Numbered from the whole stretch's first letter, positions 35,920 through 48,689 are shown. The stretch is 63,029 nucleotides of DNA, filler included, from Octopus bimaculoides (GCF_001194135.2; 5 parts of 5 records of this genome joined end to end with filler, not necessarily neighbours in it), one strand, 5' to 3'. Translations and numbers: made by a program. The notes: generated by a model not told the origin, from the sequence alone.

Positions 35920-37209
35920 TATTTTTCTAGAAACTTAGAAATCATGTATATAGCAACATTCTGCTCCAAATTGTCTTCCTATACTTTTGCCTAATCAACG
36001 ATCTATTATTGTGTTTTTTTATGATTATATCAATTATTAATATCCGAAAATTTCTGATAACATGTATTTTTATATAATCGTTTGATCTTTTACCATCCGA
36101 TATTCTAAAAGTTTCTGAAATTTAAGAAAATATTTCGTATTTGAATATTCTTCATAGGTTAAACGTTTCATACAGTCGATAACTTTGACTTAAAATGTAT
36201 CAGGTAAAATCATAATTCCTGCATTAATATTCTCCTAATTTAGATTAAATTGTCTTTATCATGATTGCTTTTAAAAGAATGGGTGTGGGATATGTTTTCT
36301 TAAGAATATACCGCATTTTATTGATGCTAAGTTTTATCCGTTTGATTAACATTTAAAACAGACAGAATAAATCATAAGCTTTATTATTCAACAATCAAAC
36401 TGAAATAATATGTCTTTGTTTTCGTTGCCGTATTGGACTATAAATTCAAAATATTTACCTATTTACCTAAGTGTGTATCGCTTGAAAATGAACAAAATAT
36501 CTGTTATTTTCCAATAATAAACAGAGGTTCAAATCACACAAAACATCTCCAGAAAATAGAAAATTGCTATTGGAACTGTGTCTATAAAGAAAATTATGCT
36601 TACCAACTAATGAAGTTATAAATGATTGTTACAGATATTACTTTAGAAGTTTCTAAACTAAAATTAAATTTATAATATTAATCTTCACTTGAAGAAGAGA
36701 ACGAGAAAGAAGTTATATTGGCAAATAAAATATTTTTATTCCATCGAAAAGTTTTTATTTCAAACCAATCTTATTTGAAATGTTATTACTTATTACAATA
36801 TGGAACATTGATGGCAGAATCGTTACCATTCCGGACAGAATGCTCAGCAGTACTTCGTCTGTCTTTACGCTCTGAATTCAAATTACACCGAGGTCGACTT
36901 TACCTTTCCTCCTTTCGGGGTCGATAAATTAAATACCAGTTGAGTACTGGGGTTGGTGTAATCGACTTAACCCCTTCCTCGAAGTTTGAAATTGATCTTA
37001 TGTTTATGCGTGTTTACATGTATGGGTGTGTGAGAGAGTGTGTGTACGCGCGTCGTTTCGTCTTTTGCAGTTAACAAAACTTGATCATTCTTGGCTGATA
37101 TTTTCGCTTTCAAATGCAAATGATGCAAAAATAAACTTACTAAATATAACACCTGTTTCAGTGAGTTTCCTTTAATTACATTGAATCGCAATTAGTCTAG
37201 TTTGTTATA

Positions 37210-37909
37210 CAGGCATAACTCACCCTACGTCGTTAATTGGTTCCAGAAGACACGACTTTAGTCGAAAAACCACTTAGGTCAAATTAACTTGTCTCTAGGC
37301 TACGCTAGGCCGAATTTACTTGTCTCTAGGCTAAACCAGTAATAACCATTCCCAGTTCTGTACTTTATTTATTGATGCATTTTCAATAATACATGGTTAA
37401 TAAAAACCTACTTTAAGCTTACAAACAAATATTTTTATTTTTTAATACAGTACTGTAAAAAAAATAGTAATCGAAATTGACGAATGCAATTTGGCGGTGT
37501 TTACGGTACGTCGTGCACGCTTTATTTATGAATACGGTTTTCAATAAGACATGGTAAAATATGAGATCCAAAAGACCGATAAATAGGACAATACAGCTGA
37601 TTTCATGCTTTCGTTCACTAAGCTACACTGCTTTATGTTGTGTATGTTAACGCATTTTAATATGATTATATATGTACGTATTTAAATATTTTATATGCTT
37701 TTATTCTTATCTATTGTACAATAACATGATTTTATGTGGGTTTTTTACGGTTTTCTAGTGATTTTGCGATTCCAATAATTGTTACAGACAGACGTAAAGT
37801 TGAGTAAAATGACTTCACTTGATTTTTATTTTTCCATATATTATTTTTGAAAACCGACGTATAATCGAGAACAACTTAAACCAAATTACCTTAAGCCGAG
37901 GTATGCCTG
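37210..37909. mobile_element. pogo/Tigger-like MITE
   Basis: TA|CAGGCATAACTC ... GAGGTATGCCTG|TA termini (Tigger-type CAGGCATACCTC TIR) with TA TSD. Confidence 0.7.
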
Positions 37910-39665
37910 TAGTTTATATAAATACTATGTAGAAGCCAACGTCAGAGTATATTATTCGTCTTATAAGTAGCAACGGGTTATTTAGGCAACGAGTGTTCTT
38001 TAATTACATGTGTAATAATTTGTTTTCGCTCATTCACCACTTACTTGCGATTGTTTGAAATATATACAGGTACAATAATATTTAACACGTTCGTGTACAC
38101 TCGAACGTGAAAAGACCGGGATAAAAGACCGGGATAAAATTTCTCTCCGTAGACATTATTCATGAAATAAACTCTTCTTTTCGTTTAACGCTGTTTGGTG
38201 CGCCTCTAGTTTCCCTAATCTTTGCTCCTATAAACAAATGCATTATTTGCTGTTTCAACATAAGAGAAAAACGTCTTATTGCTAGTGGACTATGAATGAG
38301 GGTTTCGGTTCCCGTATCTGATGAAATGTTACGACGAAAAGACGCATGCATTCCACGATCCGACAACATTATTCATATGGTAGGGATCGATTATCACACA
38401 GATTCACTATAGGGAAACCTTTTCTCTTTGACAATTTTTACAACAATTCTCTTTCCGCATTCGAGTCTACGCGAAGGTGGTCAGTATAATTGTGCACACA
38501 TATATTTGAATCAACCTTGTTTCGTTAGCCTTGATATAATATATAAACAATAATTAAGACTACTTACTCTATATTCTTTACAGAAGATATAAAGGGTAGA
38601 AATTAAAGAAGTCAAATAATTCCTATTCTTCTCACTTCGTGTCATCATTATTCTTTTCAACTCTAGGCACAAGGCCCGAAATTTTGGGGGAGGGGGCCAG
38701 TCGATTAGATCAACCCCAGTACGCAACTGGTACTTAATTTATCGACCTCGAAAGGATGAAAGGTAATGTCAACACAGACGAAATACCGCTAAGCATTTCG
38801 CCCGGCGTGCTAATGTTTCTTATTTCTTTATTGCCCACAAGGGGCTAAACATAGAGGGGACAAACAAGGACAGACAAAGGAATTAAGTCGATTACATTGA
38901 CCCCAGTGCGTAACTGGTACTTAATTTATCGACCCCAATAGGAGGAAAGGAAAAGTCGGCCTCGACGGAATTTGAACTCAGAACGTAACGGCAGACGAAA
39001 CACCGCTAAGCATTTCGCCCGGCATGCTAACGTTTCTGCCAGCTCACCGCCCTCGCGTCATCATTATTTAACGAAATCTTGACATTCATTGAATAAAGGA
39101 ATACACGCTTCCGACAATTTATCGGATGATCATTTAGTATTTGGATTCTATAAACTGTGAGCCAACATAATTTTCCGTATTACAGAACGATGATAATACT
39201 AGTTTAGCGGGATTTACTGGAGCCGATTACAGTAAAAAATGAATGCTTGTTGTCTCACAGTTTCCACTTTAGAGTAGACACAGTTCAGTGAATTCCCATG
39301 TCTGTATATACATTGATAGTAGAATCGTTAGCATGCCGGTCAAAGTGTCTAGTGGCATTTCGCACGTCCTTAAATTCTGAGTTCAAATCCCACCGAGGTT
39401 GACTTTACCTTTCATGTTTTCGGGGATGATTAAATTAATTACCCGATAGAATAAGCTCTAGGCTTAAAAAGATAAGTCTTTGAGTCGATTTGTTCGACTA
39501 AAATCCTCCAAAGCGGTACCCTAGCATAGCCGCCATTTAATGAATGAAATAAGTATAACTAAGAGTTAAAGAGTCAAATATGATTTAACTTGGGAATAAG
39601 TGGTTTCGTCAAAGAGTCGAGATTTTATAAATGAATAAAATGAAATATATAATCCATAATAGTTA

Positions 39666-39707
39666 GTCCGACAAAATATATTTTGTTTCAACTATTGTTC
39701 ATCAGGC
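39666..39707 (-). ncRNA. Hammerhead ribozyme core, degenerate stem I
   Basis: Minus strand reads CUGAUGA-acaauaguu-GAAA-CAAAAUAUAUUUUG (perfect 14-nt palindrome)-UC-ggac. GUC triplet is intact; stem I has only 1 bp. Confidence 0.45.
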
Positions 39708-40438
39708 AAAACAATATATATTTTGTGGGACTAACGAGTATGTATTAAATATCTTATTTTATACGCAGTCAGAATTTTCTTTCAGTTCTCTATTCTGAGT
39801 GGCTAGACATAGCTCCTTTTGGACATATCAACTCCTACAAAAACACTTTATAATTGTTTATATTTTCGGAAACATCATTGACAAAAGCTTTGTGCGAAAA
39901 TGGGAATCAATTGTTAATGATATTTTAACAGTAAATATATCAGTGAATAGTATATGCGTGCAAAAGTTCGTGCACATATGTGTTTTTGTATATATTTATA
40001 TGTGCATATGTGTGTGTATATTTTACACGGTGACTTGAAAAGAATGTAAGTAATGACTATAGACTAAAGCTGATCTTGAATACAATTGTATTGAGAGAAA
40101 ATTATAGTTCTTTAGAGATTTTCCATCAATGAAAATATTAATAATTAATTTCAAATATTCTTTCACCACAAAATAATTTCAAAAGAGCAGCCAGATTTAT
40201 GTAAAAAAAAAAAGATTTGTTGTATGATTATAATTAATTTTCTTATATGGAAATGGTAATTAGCTTGAAACAGTTTTGTAAGTTTGGCTGATGGCTTTGT
40301 GTACTCAGTAGATCACGCCTTTTTTGTTTGTAAAAGTACATATATTATTGTATTTAGATTGACATAGAAACATTTATACACGTATAGAGACGCACGAATA
40401 TATATATATATACATACATATATATATATACATATATG

Positions 40439-40469
<31 letters not shown>

Positions 40470-40544
40470 ACACATATAGATATATATATATATATACATA
40501 TACATATGTATATATATATATGTATATATATAAACATATATATA

Positions 40545-40581
<37 letters not shown>

Positions 40582-40681
40582 NNNNNNNNNNNNNNNNNNN
40601 NNNNNNNNNNNNNNNNNNNNNNNNNTTAATTAATTAANNNNNNNNNNNNNNNNNNNNNNNNNNNNNNNNNNNNNNNNNNNN
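40582..40681. other. Artificial scaffold spacer
   Basis: N44-TTAATTAATTAA-N44. Confidence 0.95.
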
Positions 40682-40725
<44 letters not shown>

Positions 40726-41479
40726 GTATGTAATGTGCTTGTGTGGGGGTGGTGTGCAAGGAACAAACACTTGTCATTCTGAAAGAGAATAAGAGTGAGA
40801 GAGAGAGGTGAGCGTTTCTTTCTCTCTCTCTTCCTCTGAATGTGTTTGTATACATGCAAACAGATAGTGGGACACAGTAAGTGTATGTCTAAGGAACAGA
40901 GAGAAAGAGAGAGAGACAGAGAGAGAGCGAGAGAGAGATAGATACAGAGGAAGAGAAAGAGATTGCGTTTTGTGTTTATGTATGTATGTATATGTGTATA
41001 TGTATGTGTAAGTGTGTGCGTGTGTGTGATTGTACGACTAAAGCAATGCGTTGTTCACATGTGTGTGACAGCCAACACCAAGAACGTTCACCGTTTGACG
41101 TCATTGAAACTGAACCGAGCGAGAGAGAGAGAGACAACAGCTCGGATTGCTTTCAGTGCTCTGTCAGGGTTGTTAATAATTGTCACATCCCTCCTCCTTC
41201 TCCTCCTCCACAACCTCCTTCAGCCACCGTCACCACCACCACCACCACCGCTTCTACTTTATGTTCTTTCGTTGATATTAATGAAGGCGATGCTTGTGAT
41301 GACGACGACGACGACCACGATGATGATGATGGTGACTGCGGTGTATCTAAGGGGGTTTTAGTTGTGGTAATATTTCTGTTTCCTGTCGGCCGTCATTGTT
41401 GATAAATAAGTCAGTGTTGTAAAATTGTTGGTGTTACGTTTATTTGTCGTTAAGTCTCCTCGCCTGAGCCCGGGCTGGT

Positions 41480-41685
41480 CCTATCTACGCACGATCAAAG
41501 ACCTTCTTCCACTTTCGACTGTCTTTATTTATCAATCGAGTCTGCTGTCTGAAGACTATTGCGAAAGAGGCTGTGTGGTAGACGAGGTTGAAACGAGTGA
41601 GGGTAGACATCTTCCCCTTCGATCAAGTCCCCGTCGACTTTTTTAAATGTTCCGCTTGGAAAATGAAAATGAAAGTGAAAGGTAT
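41480..41685 (+). mobile_element. Tx1/L1-like LINE ORF2 3' fragment
   Basis: CLKTIAKEAVW-x-TRL...FFKCSAWKMKMKV; paralogous to 42760-42900. Confidence 0.65.
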
Positions 41686-42106
41686 NNNNNNNNNNNNNNN
41701 NNNNNNNNNNNNNNNNNNNNNNNNNNNNNNNNNNNNNNNNNNNNNNNNNNNNNNNNNNNNNNNNNNNNNNNNNNNNNNNNNNNNNNNNNNNNNNNNNNNN
41801 NNNNNNNNNNNNNNNNNNNNNNNNNNNNNNNNNNNNNNNNNNNNNNNNNNNNNNNNNNNNNNNNNNNNNNNNNNNNNNNNNNNNNNNNNNNNNNNNNNNN
41901 NNNNNNNNNNNNNNNNNNNNNNNNNNNNNNNNNNNNNNNNNNNNNNNNNNNGTGTGTTTACGTCCCCGTAACTTAGCGGTTCGGCAAAAGAGACCGATAG
42001 AATAAGTACTAGGCTTCCAAAGAATAAGTCCTGGGCTCGATTTGCTCGACTAAAGGTGGTGCTCCAGCATGGCCGCAGTCAAATGACTGAAACAAGTAGA
42101 AGAGTA

Positions 42107-42165
<59 letters not shown>

Positions 42166-42219
42166 GTTGAAGTATCGTGGCTCTGGCCCAGGTAACATTG
42201 TAATTTTCTGATTCCAAAT

Positions 42220-42960
42220 GAGTCAGGAATAGCAGCGAAAAGAAATGCGAGGCCAAGAATTGCAACTTACGGCTACACTTTATTCAAACGCCTAAAGGAA
42301 GGCACAGCAAAGATGATACATCTTGAATGATTCTATCAGAAAATATACACTTGATGATGTGTACTAGGCAGAACACAACAGTTCGACAAAGCTCTCTATT
42401 GAATAACTCTCCTCTCTCCATACCGAGATTTGAACTCGACGGTTCCTTCCCACCATACTTGCGGATAAAGGAAAAGATACCGCTTTTTAATGCTGATGAT
42501 GAGCTCCAGCGAACAATCCTAATTTTCCCGACGCTAGGCTTGTCGGTTACGGGATGGCATCGGATAAGCACGTGCAAAGCCGGAAAGATTCGACCATTAC
42601 GTGATCAGGTCATGTGACCAATTGTAGGAAACGTGTATGAGCCGATGTTTGGGTATTTAAACGTAATCGGCCGATTGATTATCATACTTCTGCTACAAGT
42701 TCATCGTGAAAATTGCTCCACCACTCACCATTAACAAGGCAAAGGCAGGCGATGTTCTGTTGTCTGAAGACCATTGCGAAAGAAGTTGTGTGGCAGACGA
42801 GGTTGAAAGAAGGGAGGACAGGCATCTTCCTCTTCGATCAAACTCCCATCGACGTTTTTAACGTTCCACTTGGAAAGGAAAATGAAGGTCTAGAGGAACG
42901 TGCTCCCTCACAGTGAATTTACTAAAAGCTGGGTGACTGTGGCGAAAATGGTTAGGGTGA
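42220..42960 (+). mobile_element. Tx1/L1-like LINE ORF2 3' fragment
   Basis: CCLKTIAKEVVWQTRLKEGRTGIFLFDQ...FHLERKMKV-x-RNVL...EFTKSWVTVAKM. Confidence 0.65.
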
Positions 42961-43649
42961 GTAGACTTTCTCTAAGCATGCACTTGTAGATTAGAGAACA
43001 ACAGGAGGGACACAGTCTTATGCCCTTGCTGGTCAGGATAATTCTGGATTTATTGTGTTCCTTAGTTGCCCCTGGCTGGAAGGAGAATTATATCAGATTT
43101 ATTCACGTATTCTGTATCCTATTTATACTTTTGTCTCATTTCCCTCCTCTCCCTTTTACCCCCTCTTATGTAAATGCCCCATACAGATTGGAAACCGTCT
43201 CGGTATTATCTTCCTCTCTAATTCTCATCATCGCCATCATCATTATTGTAAGCACGCCGGACGAAATGCTTAGTGGTATTTCGTCCGTCTTTGCGTTCTA
43301 AGTTAAAATTCGACTGAAGTCAACATTACCATTCATCCTTTCGGAGACGATAAAATAAATACGTCAAATACGGGGGAGTGATGTAATCGATTGCCCATCC
43401 CCTAAAAAACTGCTAGTCCTGTGCCAACATTTGAAACCATTATTGTTACTACGCCAAATTGCTTCGTGACGTTTCTTCCGGCTTTTACGTCCTGAGTTCA
43501 AATGTCACCGAGATAAATTTTACCTTTATTTCATTCGGGGTCTATGAAATAAATACCAGTTGAGCACTGATGCGTCGATGTAATTGATTAATATTCTCCC
43601 CTAAAATTTCAGGCCTTGAGCCCCGTGAACATCATCAAACACTCATAGC

Positions 43650-43930
43650 TTTCTAATTGTCGAGTACGCAGTAGCAATCAAAAGCAATAGCATCATCGGA
43701 GGAAGCTTGGGCGTAGATAAAAATTAGCTAGCTTGGTCTGTTCTGGAAGATTTTCCGGCTGGGGCCCTATGGATAATTTCTAGAAATCCCTGACCTGGCG
43801 ATGCTACCGGTGGATGACTTGTAAAGCATTTCCGATTCGAGACTAACTACATGCACGAAAGTGCCGTCAGTCAGGCTTGTTCGAAATAGGCGCAGAGCAA
43901 CGAAACCGTTCTGCATGTATAACACCTTTA
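43650..43930 (+). mobile_element. Tx1/L1-like LINE zinc-binding-region remnant
   Basis: GPMDNF-x-KSLTWRCYR...FPIRD-x-L...ETVLH pattern across frameshifts. Confidence 0.6.
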
Positions 43931-45879
43931 TGTCTTCGTTACAAAAACTATTGAATGTCAAATATTGTTTAATCAAAACGAATATGTACTAAGTTTCAGC
44001 ACGTTTATTTGACAGATCTGAAATTTAAAAAGATAAACAAGCAAAACTGAGTGAAGGGAAATAACTCAAATCAGCCAATAGCATGGCTAGAGATAGATCA
44101 AGTCTGTACTAAAAGATGTACGCTTAAAAAATCTTAATGAATTGAAATTTTCTTCTTAATTGGTGAACGAAAACACTACTTAACTGTATTCGTTGGTAAT
44201 TCTCAAAGCGAAGAAGGGAAATAATTTCAATAAATTAGAAATTAATTAAAAAGAAAAAAATATTCTCATGCTTAAGGGCAAATCTTATCTTTATTTACGA
44301 GAACGGAGACTGTAACGGAAGCTTTTTGGTTTTCCCTGATCTAAGTCAAGTGAAGCATAAAACAACACGAAACTTTCGATCAATAAGCATGATTTTTATT
44401 TCGTTCTTCTTGGGGTTATTTTTTGTTTTTTTTTACATTATAAAAGGAAAGAGAGAGAGTGTTGAGAATAATTATAGCAATGTGCAAATTATTACTTACT
44501 CAAATTAACCCTTTCTCCGATATCCTCACTTTTACGGTACTATCTTCAACTTGGTCACTTAATGTGGTCCTACGCGTATGAATGCTCGCTCTTGGTTTTA
44601 TTTGGCAAATTTCTCACCAACAAAGAAGCAACTGTTTCCTAAACGAGAAACAAGATTCTTTCACAGCAATTTAGACATCAGAGTAATTTCATATGTAAGT
44701 CCTCTCTTTTTTCTAATAATTTGAAGGAAGAATCTGGTTTCTTATAAAGATACAGAGCATGGACCTTTTTCTTAGCTCTCCTGTGTGACCCTTCTGTCCG
44801 GCATTCACCATGATAGATCGCTGACCACTACATTTATATATATTTTTCTCCTTGTTTCTTTCTGTGTTCCTTTTAATTGAAGAGCGTAGGCTCGAAACGT
44901 CAAAGACTTTCTCTNNNNNNNNNNNNNNNNNNNNNNNNNNNNNNNNNNNNNNNNNNNNNNNNNNNNNNNNNNNNNNNNNNNNNNNNNNNNNNNNNNNNNN
45001 NNNNNNNNNNNNNNNNNNNNNNNNNNNNNNNNNNNNNNNNNNNNNNNNNNNNNNNNNNNNNNNNNNNNNNNNNNNNNNNNNNNNNNNNNNNNNNNNNNNN
45101 NNNNNNNNNNNNNNNNNNNNNNNNNNNNNNNNNNNNNNNNNNNNNNNNNNNNNNNNNNNNNNNNNNNNNNNNNNNNNNNNNNNNNNNNNNNNNNNNNNNN
45201 NNNNNNNNNNNNNNNNNNNNNNNNNNNNNNNNNNNNNNNNNNNNNNNNNNNNNNNNNNNNNNNNNNNNNNNNNNNNNNNNNNNNNNNNNNNNNNNNNNNN
45301 NNNNNNNNNNNNNNNNNNNNNNNNNNNNNNNNNNNNNNNNNNNNNNNNNNNNNNNNNNNNNNNNNNNNNNNNNNNNNNNNNNNNNNNNNNNNNNNNNNNN
45401 NNNNNNNNNNNNNNNNNNNNNNNNNNNNNNNNNNNNNNNNNNNNNNNNNNNNNNNNNNNNNNNNNNNNNNNNNNNNNNNNNNNNNNNNNNNNNNNNNNNN
45501 NNNNNNNNNNNNNNNNNNNNNNNNNNNNNNNNNNNNNNNNNNNNNNNNNNNNNNNNNNNNNNNNNNNNNNNNNNNNNNNNNNNNNNNNNNNNNNNNNNNN
45601 NNNNNNNNNNNNNNNNNNNNNNNNNNNNNNNNNNNNNNNNNNNNNNNNNNNNNNNNNNNNNNNNNNNNNNNNNNNNNNNNNNNNNNNNNNNNNNNNNNNN
45701 NNNNNNNNNNNNNNNNNNNNNNNNNNNNNNNNNNNNNNNTATATACACACATACATACAGAGTACGCTGGGGGTAAGTTTGTCGGCATTTTATATTTTTA
45801 ATTTCGCACATTGTTTTTGATTTTCTTGATTACACAGTATAGTAGTGTCAGTTGGGCATCGTCTGTGAGAAAACCGGCA

Positions 45880-46496
45880 CCATAACAGCAAGTCACTCGG
45901 CCAGAAATTTGGAAACATGCTGTACTGCTTGGCATTCGCGCCGGAAGCTCCAATACGAACATTTCAGAATGCTTGGATATCAATCTAAAGACATGTAAGG
46001 AGTGTAACAAATCAAACATCCAGTCAACATCATAGTGTTTGGAGTGATCACTAATGATGGCGACGTTATGCCTCCATTCATCTCCTCACATGGCCTCACA
46101 TTCAACACGGAAACTTACATCAAGTGCCTGGAGGAGTTAGTCCTGCCTAGAGTCAAGAGGGTGACTGCTGGAAGACCCTATGTCTGACAACAGGACTCTG
46201 CACCATGCCACACAAGCAGGAGAACCCAGTCATGGATGTCAGACAATTTCTGCAACCACATCACACCTAACATCTGACTACCTAACTCCCCCGACTGCAA
46301 CTCCTTCGATTATTATGTGTGGGGTGCAGTTGAACGAGAGACCAATAAAACTCCTTATAATACCAAAGATGAACTGAAGGCAAGGATTATGGCAGCATTC
46401 ACCAACTTAAACAAAGAGACCGCCCAGAAGAGTTACAGGAGATTCCGAAGTTGTCTGGAGGCCATGGTCGAAGCCAATGGCGATTTTATTGAATAA
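45880..46496 (+). mobile_element. maT/mori-type (DD37D) Tc1/mariner transposase pseudogene, internally deleted
   Basis: KHPVNIIVFGVITNDGDVMPPF...QQDSAPCH...PNSPDCNSFDYYVWG; 37 positions between the last two Asps; two in-frame stops; ends EANGDFIE*. Confidence 0.9.
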
Positions 46497-46928
46497 ATTT
46501 ATTCTTTAGTATTTCAAGATATTTTTGGTAATTTTGGTAAATATATCTGATAAAATGAGACGTCGGTGTTATATTCATTTTTACGTAATTTAGAACAAAG
46601 TAAAATTACTACCTGCTTTTATAGCAAGTTAATGCAGCTGGTTTATTCCGTCACCTTCCAAGTTTAGTTCATGCAAATGAAAAAAAAAACCGTATTATTT
46701 ATGGGATGACCCAATATATGTATATATTATCTTTTACATGTTTCAGTCATTAGATTGCGGCCATGCTGGGGCACCGCCTGGAAGAATTTATAGTGGAATG
46801 TATCGACCCTAATACATTATTTTCTTAAGCGTGGTACTTATTCTATCGACCTCTTATGCCGAATCGCTAGTGTTACGGGAACATAAACACACCAACACCG
46901 GTTGTCAAGCGGTGGAGGGAGAGAACAC

Positions 46929-47715
46929 GGATCCTTTTTAAAACGGGGGCCACATTTTTCATTAACGAAACACTTTGAAACTTGGAACNNNNNNNNNNNN
47001 NNNNNNNNNNNNNNNNNNNNNNNNNNNNNNNNNNNNNNNNNNNNNNNNNNNNNNNNNNNNNNNNNNNNNNNNNNNNNNNNNNNNNNNNNNNNNNNNNNNN
47101 NNNNNNNNNNNNNNNNNNNNNNNNNNNNNNNNNNNNNNNNNNNNNNNNNNNNNNNNNNNNNNNNNNNNNNNNNNNNNNNNNNNNNNNNNNNNNNNNNNNN
47201 NNNNNNNNNNNNNNNNNNNNNNNNNNNNNNNNNNNNNNNNNNNNNNNNNNNNNNNNNNNNNNNNNNNNNNNNNNNNNNNNNNNNNNNNNNNNNNNNNNNN
47301 NNNNNNNNNNNNNNNNNNNNNNNNNNNNNNNNNNNNNNNNNNNNNNNNNNNNNNNNNNNNNNNNNNNNNNNNNNNNNNNNNNNNACCCTAACCCTAACCC
47401 TAACCCTAGGGTTAGGGTTAGGGTTAGAGTTAGGGTTAGGGTTAAAGCAAATTTAAAATGAAAAAAGCAAATAAAACGAAGAATCGTTTGTTTATGTAGT
47501 CGGCACTTAATGTATATCGGCTGAATGGACGTCAGTGATTGGTTGAAATTATCGAAATAAGACAATTTTTTACATGAAATAAATTCGAATACAAAAATAT
47601 TTTTCTGTTCTATAACACAAAATAGATAAGTATACGAAGTTTGAAAGTCTTTCGGTACCAAAAACACTACGTAAAACATTAATGAAAAATGTGGCCCCCG
47701 TTTTAAAAAAGATCC
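46929..47715. mobile_element. Second copy of the same MITE, opposite orientation, 8-bp TSD GAGAACAC
   Basis: Same TIRs; TSD at 46921-46928 and 47716-47723; head-to-head (CCCTAA)n-(TTAGGG)n at 47385-47443; splits a SINE; partly gapped. Confidence 0.9.
47385..47443. repeat. Head-to-head telomere-type repeat (CCCTAA)n/(TTAGGG)n
   Basis: accctaaccctaaccctaaccctagggttagggttagggttagagttagggttagggtt; centre CCCTAGGG at 47404-47411. Confidence 0.95.
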
Positions 47716-48484
47716 GAGAACACAGACACTCATACAAATATATAATACGACGGACTTCTTTCAGTTTCCGTCTACCAAATCCATTCACATGGCTTTGGTA
47801 GAAGACACTTGCCCAAGGTGCCACGCAGTGAGACTGAACCTGGAACTGTGTACTTGGGAAGCAAGCTTCTTACTACAAAGCCACACCTGCTAAGTTATTG
47901 TGATACTAATTATCTGGTGTTAGAACTCACTATACATAAGCTTCTGAATGAAATGTCCGTCGAGTACAGAGCAATAATGAGGAATTAGAATGACAAAAGT
48001 ATAAACAATGGTTATGAACTTCATTAGCTTACAGATGTTTCCGCTACAAGATGCAATGCACTCATAGTTGAGTGCTTGTGTATCACCCTACAGCTTCATC
48101 GGAGCTTCGAATCATGACGTGCATTTTGTGCGCGTGTGGGTGAGTGTGTGAGTGAGTGCGCGTATGTACATATTTATACACAAGCACATGCACATACAAC
48201 ACGCGTGCGTGCGCAATACTCACATATAGACACACACACACACAGCTAGTGAGGGGAAAAGATGAAGAGGAAGATGGAAGTCGAGTTGTTAGTCTAAAAA
48301 CAAAAGGGAAAGTGAGGAGTACTCAATAACAGAAGTATATTGAGATACGTACTTGGAAGATGAGACTTCTCTAATAGTTATTCCGCGTGTCCACTTGCCT
48401 GTCTGCACACACGCAAACATAGAACAGATATATATATATAGATATATATACGCACGTTTATACGAACATAGTTCCACAGAGAGA

Positions 48485-48520
<36 letters not shown>

Positions 48521-48620
48521 NNNNNNNNNNNNNNNNNNNNNNNNNNNNNNNNNNNNNNNNNNNNTTAATTAATTAANNNNNNNNNNNNNNNNNNNNNNNN
48601 NNNNNNNNNNNNNNNNNNNN
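48521..48620. other. Artificial scaffold spacer
   Basis: N44-TTAATTAATTAA-N44. Confidence 0.95.
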
Positions 48621-48689
48621 GTATGTATGTATGTATGTATGTATGTATATATGGATGGATGGATGGATGGATGGATGGATGGATGGATG

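Noticed and set aside
41546-41580. CTGAAGA...GAAA hammerhead-like spacing (also about 42765)
   Set aside because: Lies in the Tx1/L1 reading frame (LKTIAK); no stem I or II pairing.
44713-45820. Long ORFs of 300+ aa here and at 18655-19324, 46873-47733, 50411-51096 and 60178-61348
   Set aside because: They run through N gaps (X residues) and are not evidence of coding sequence.
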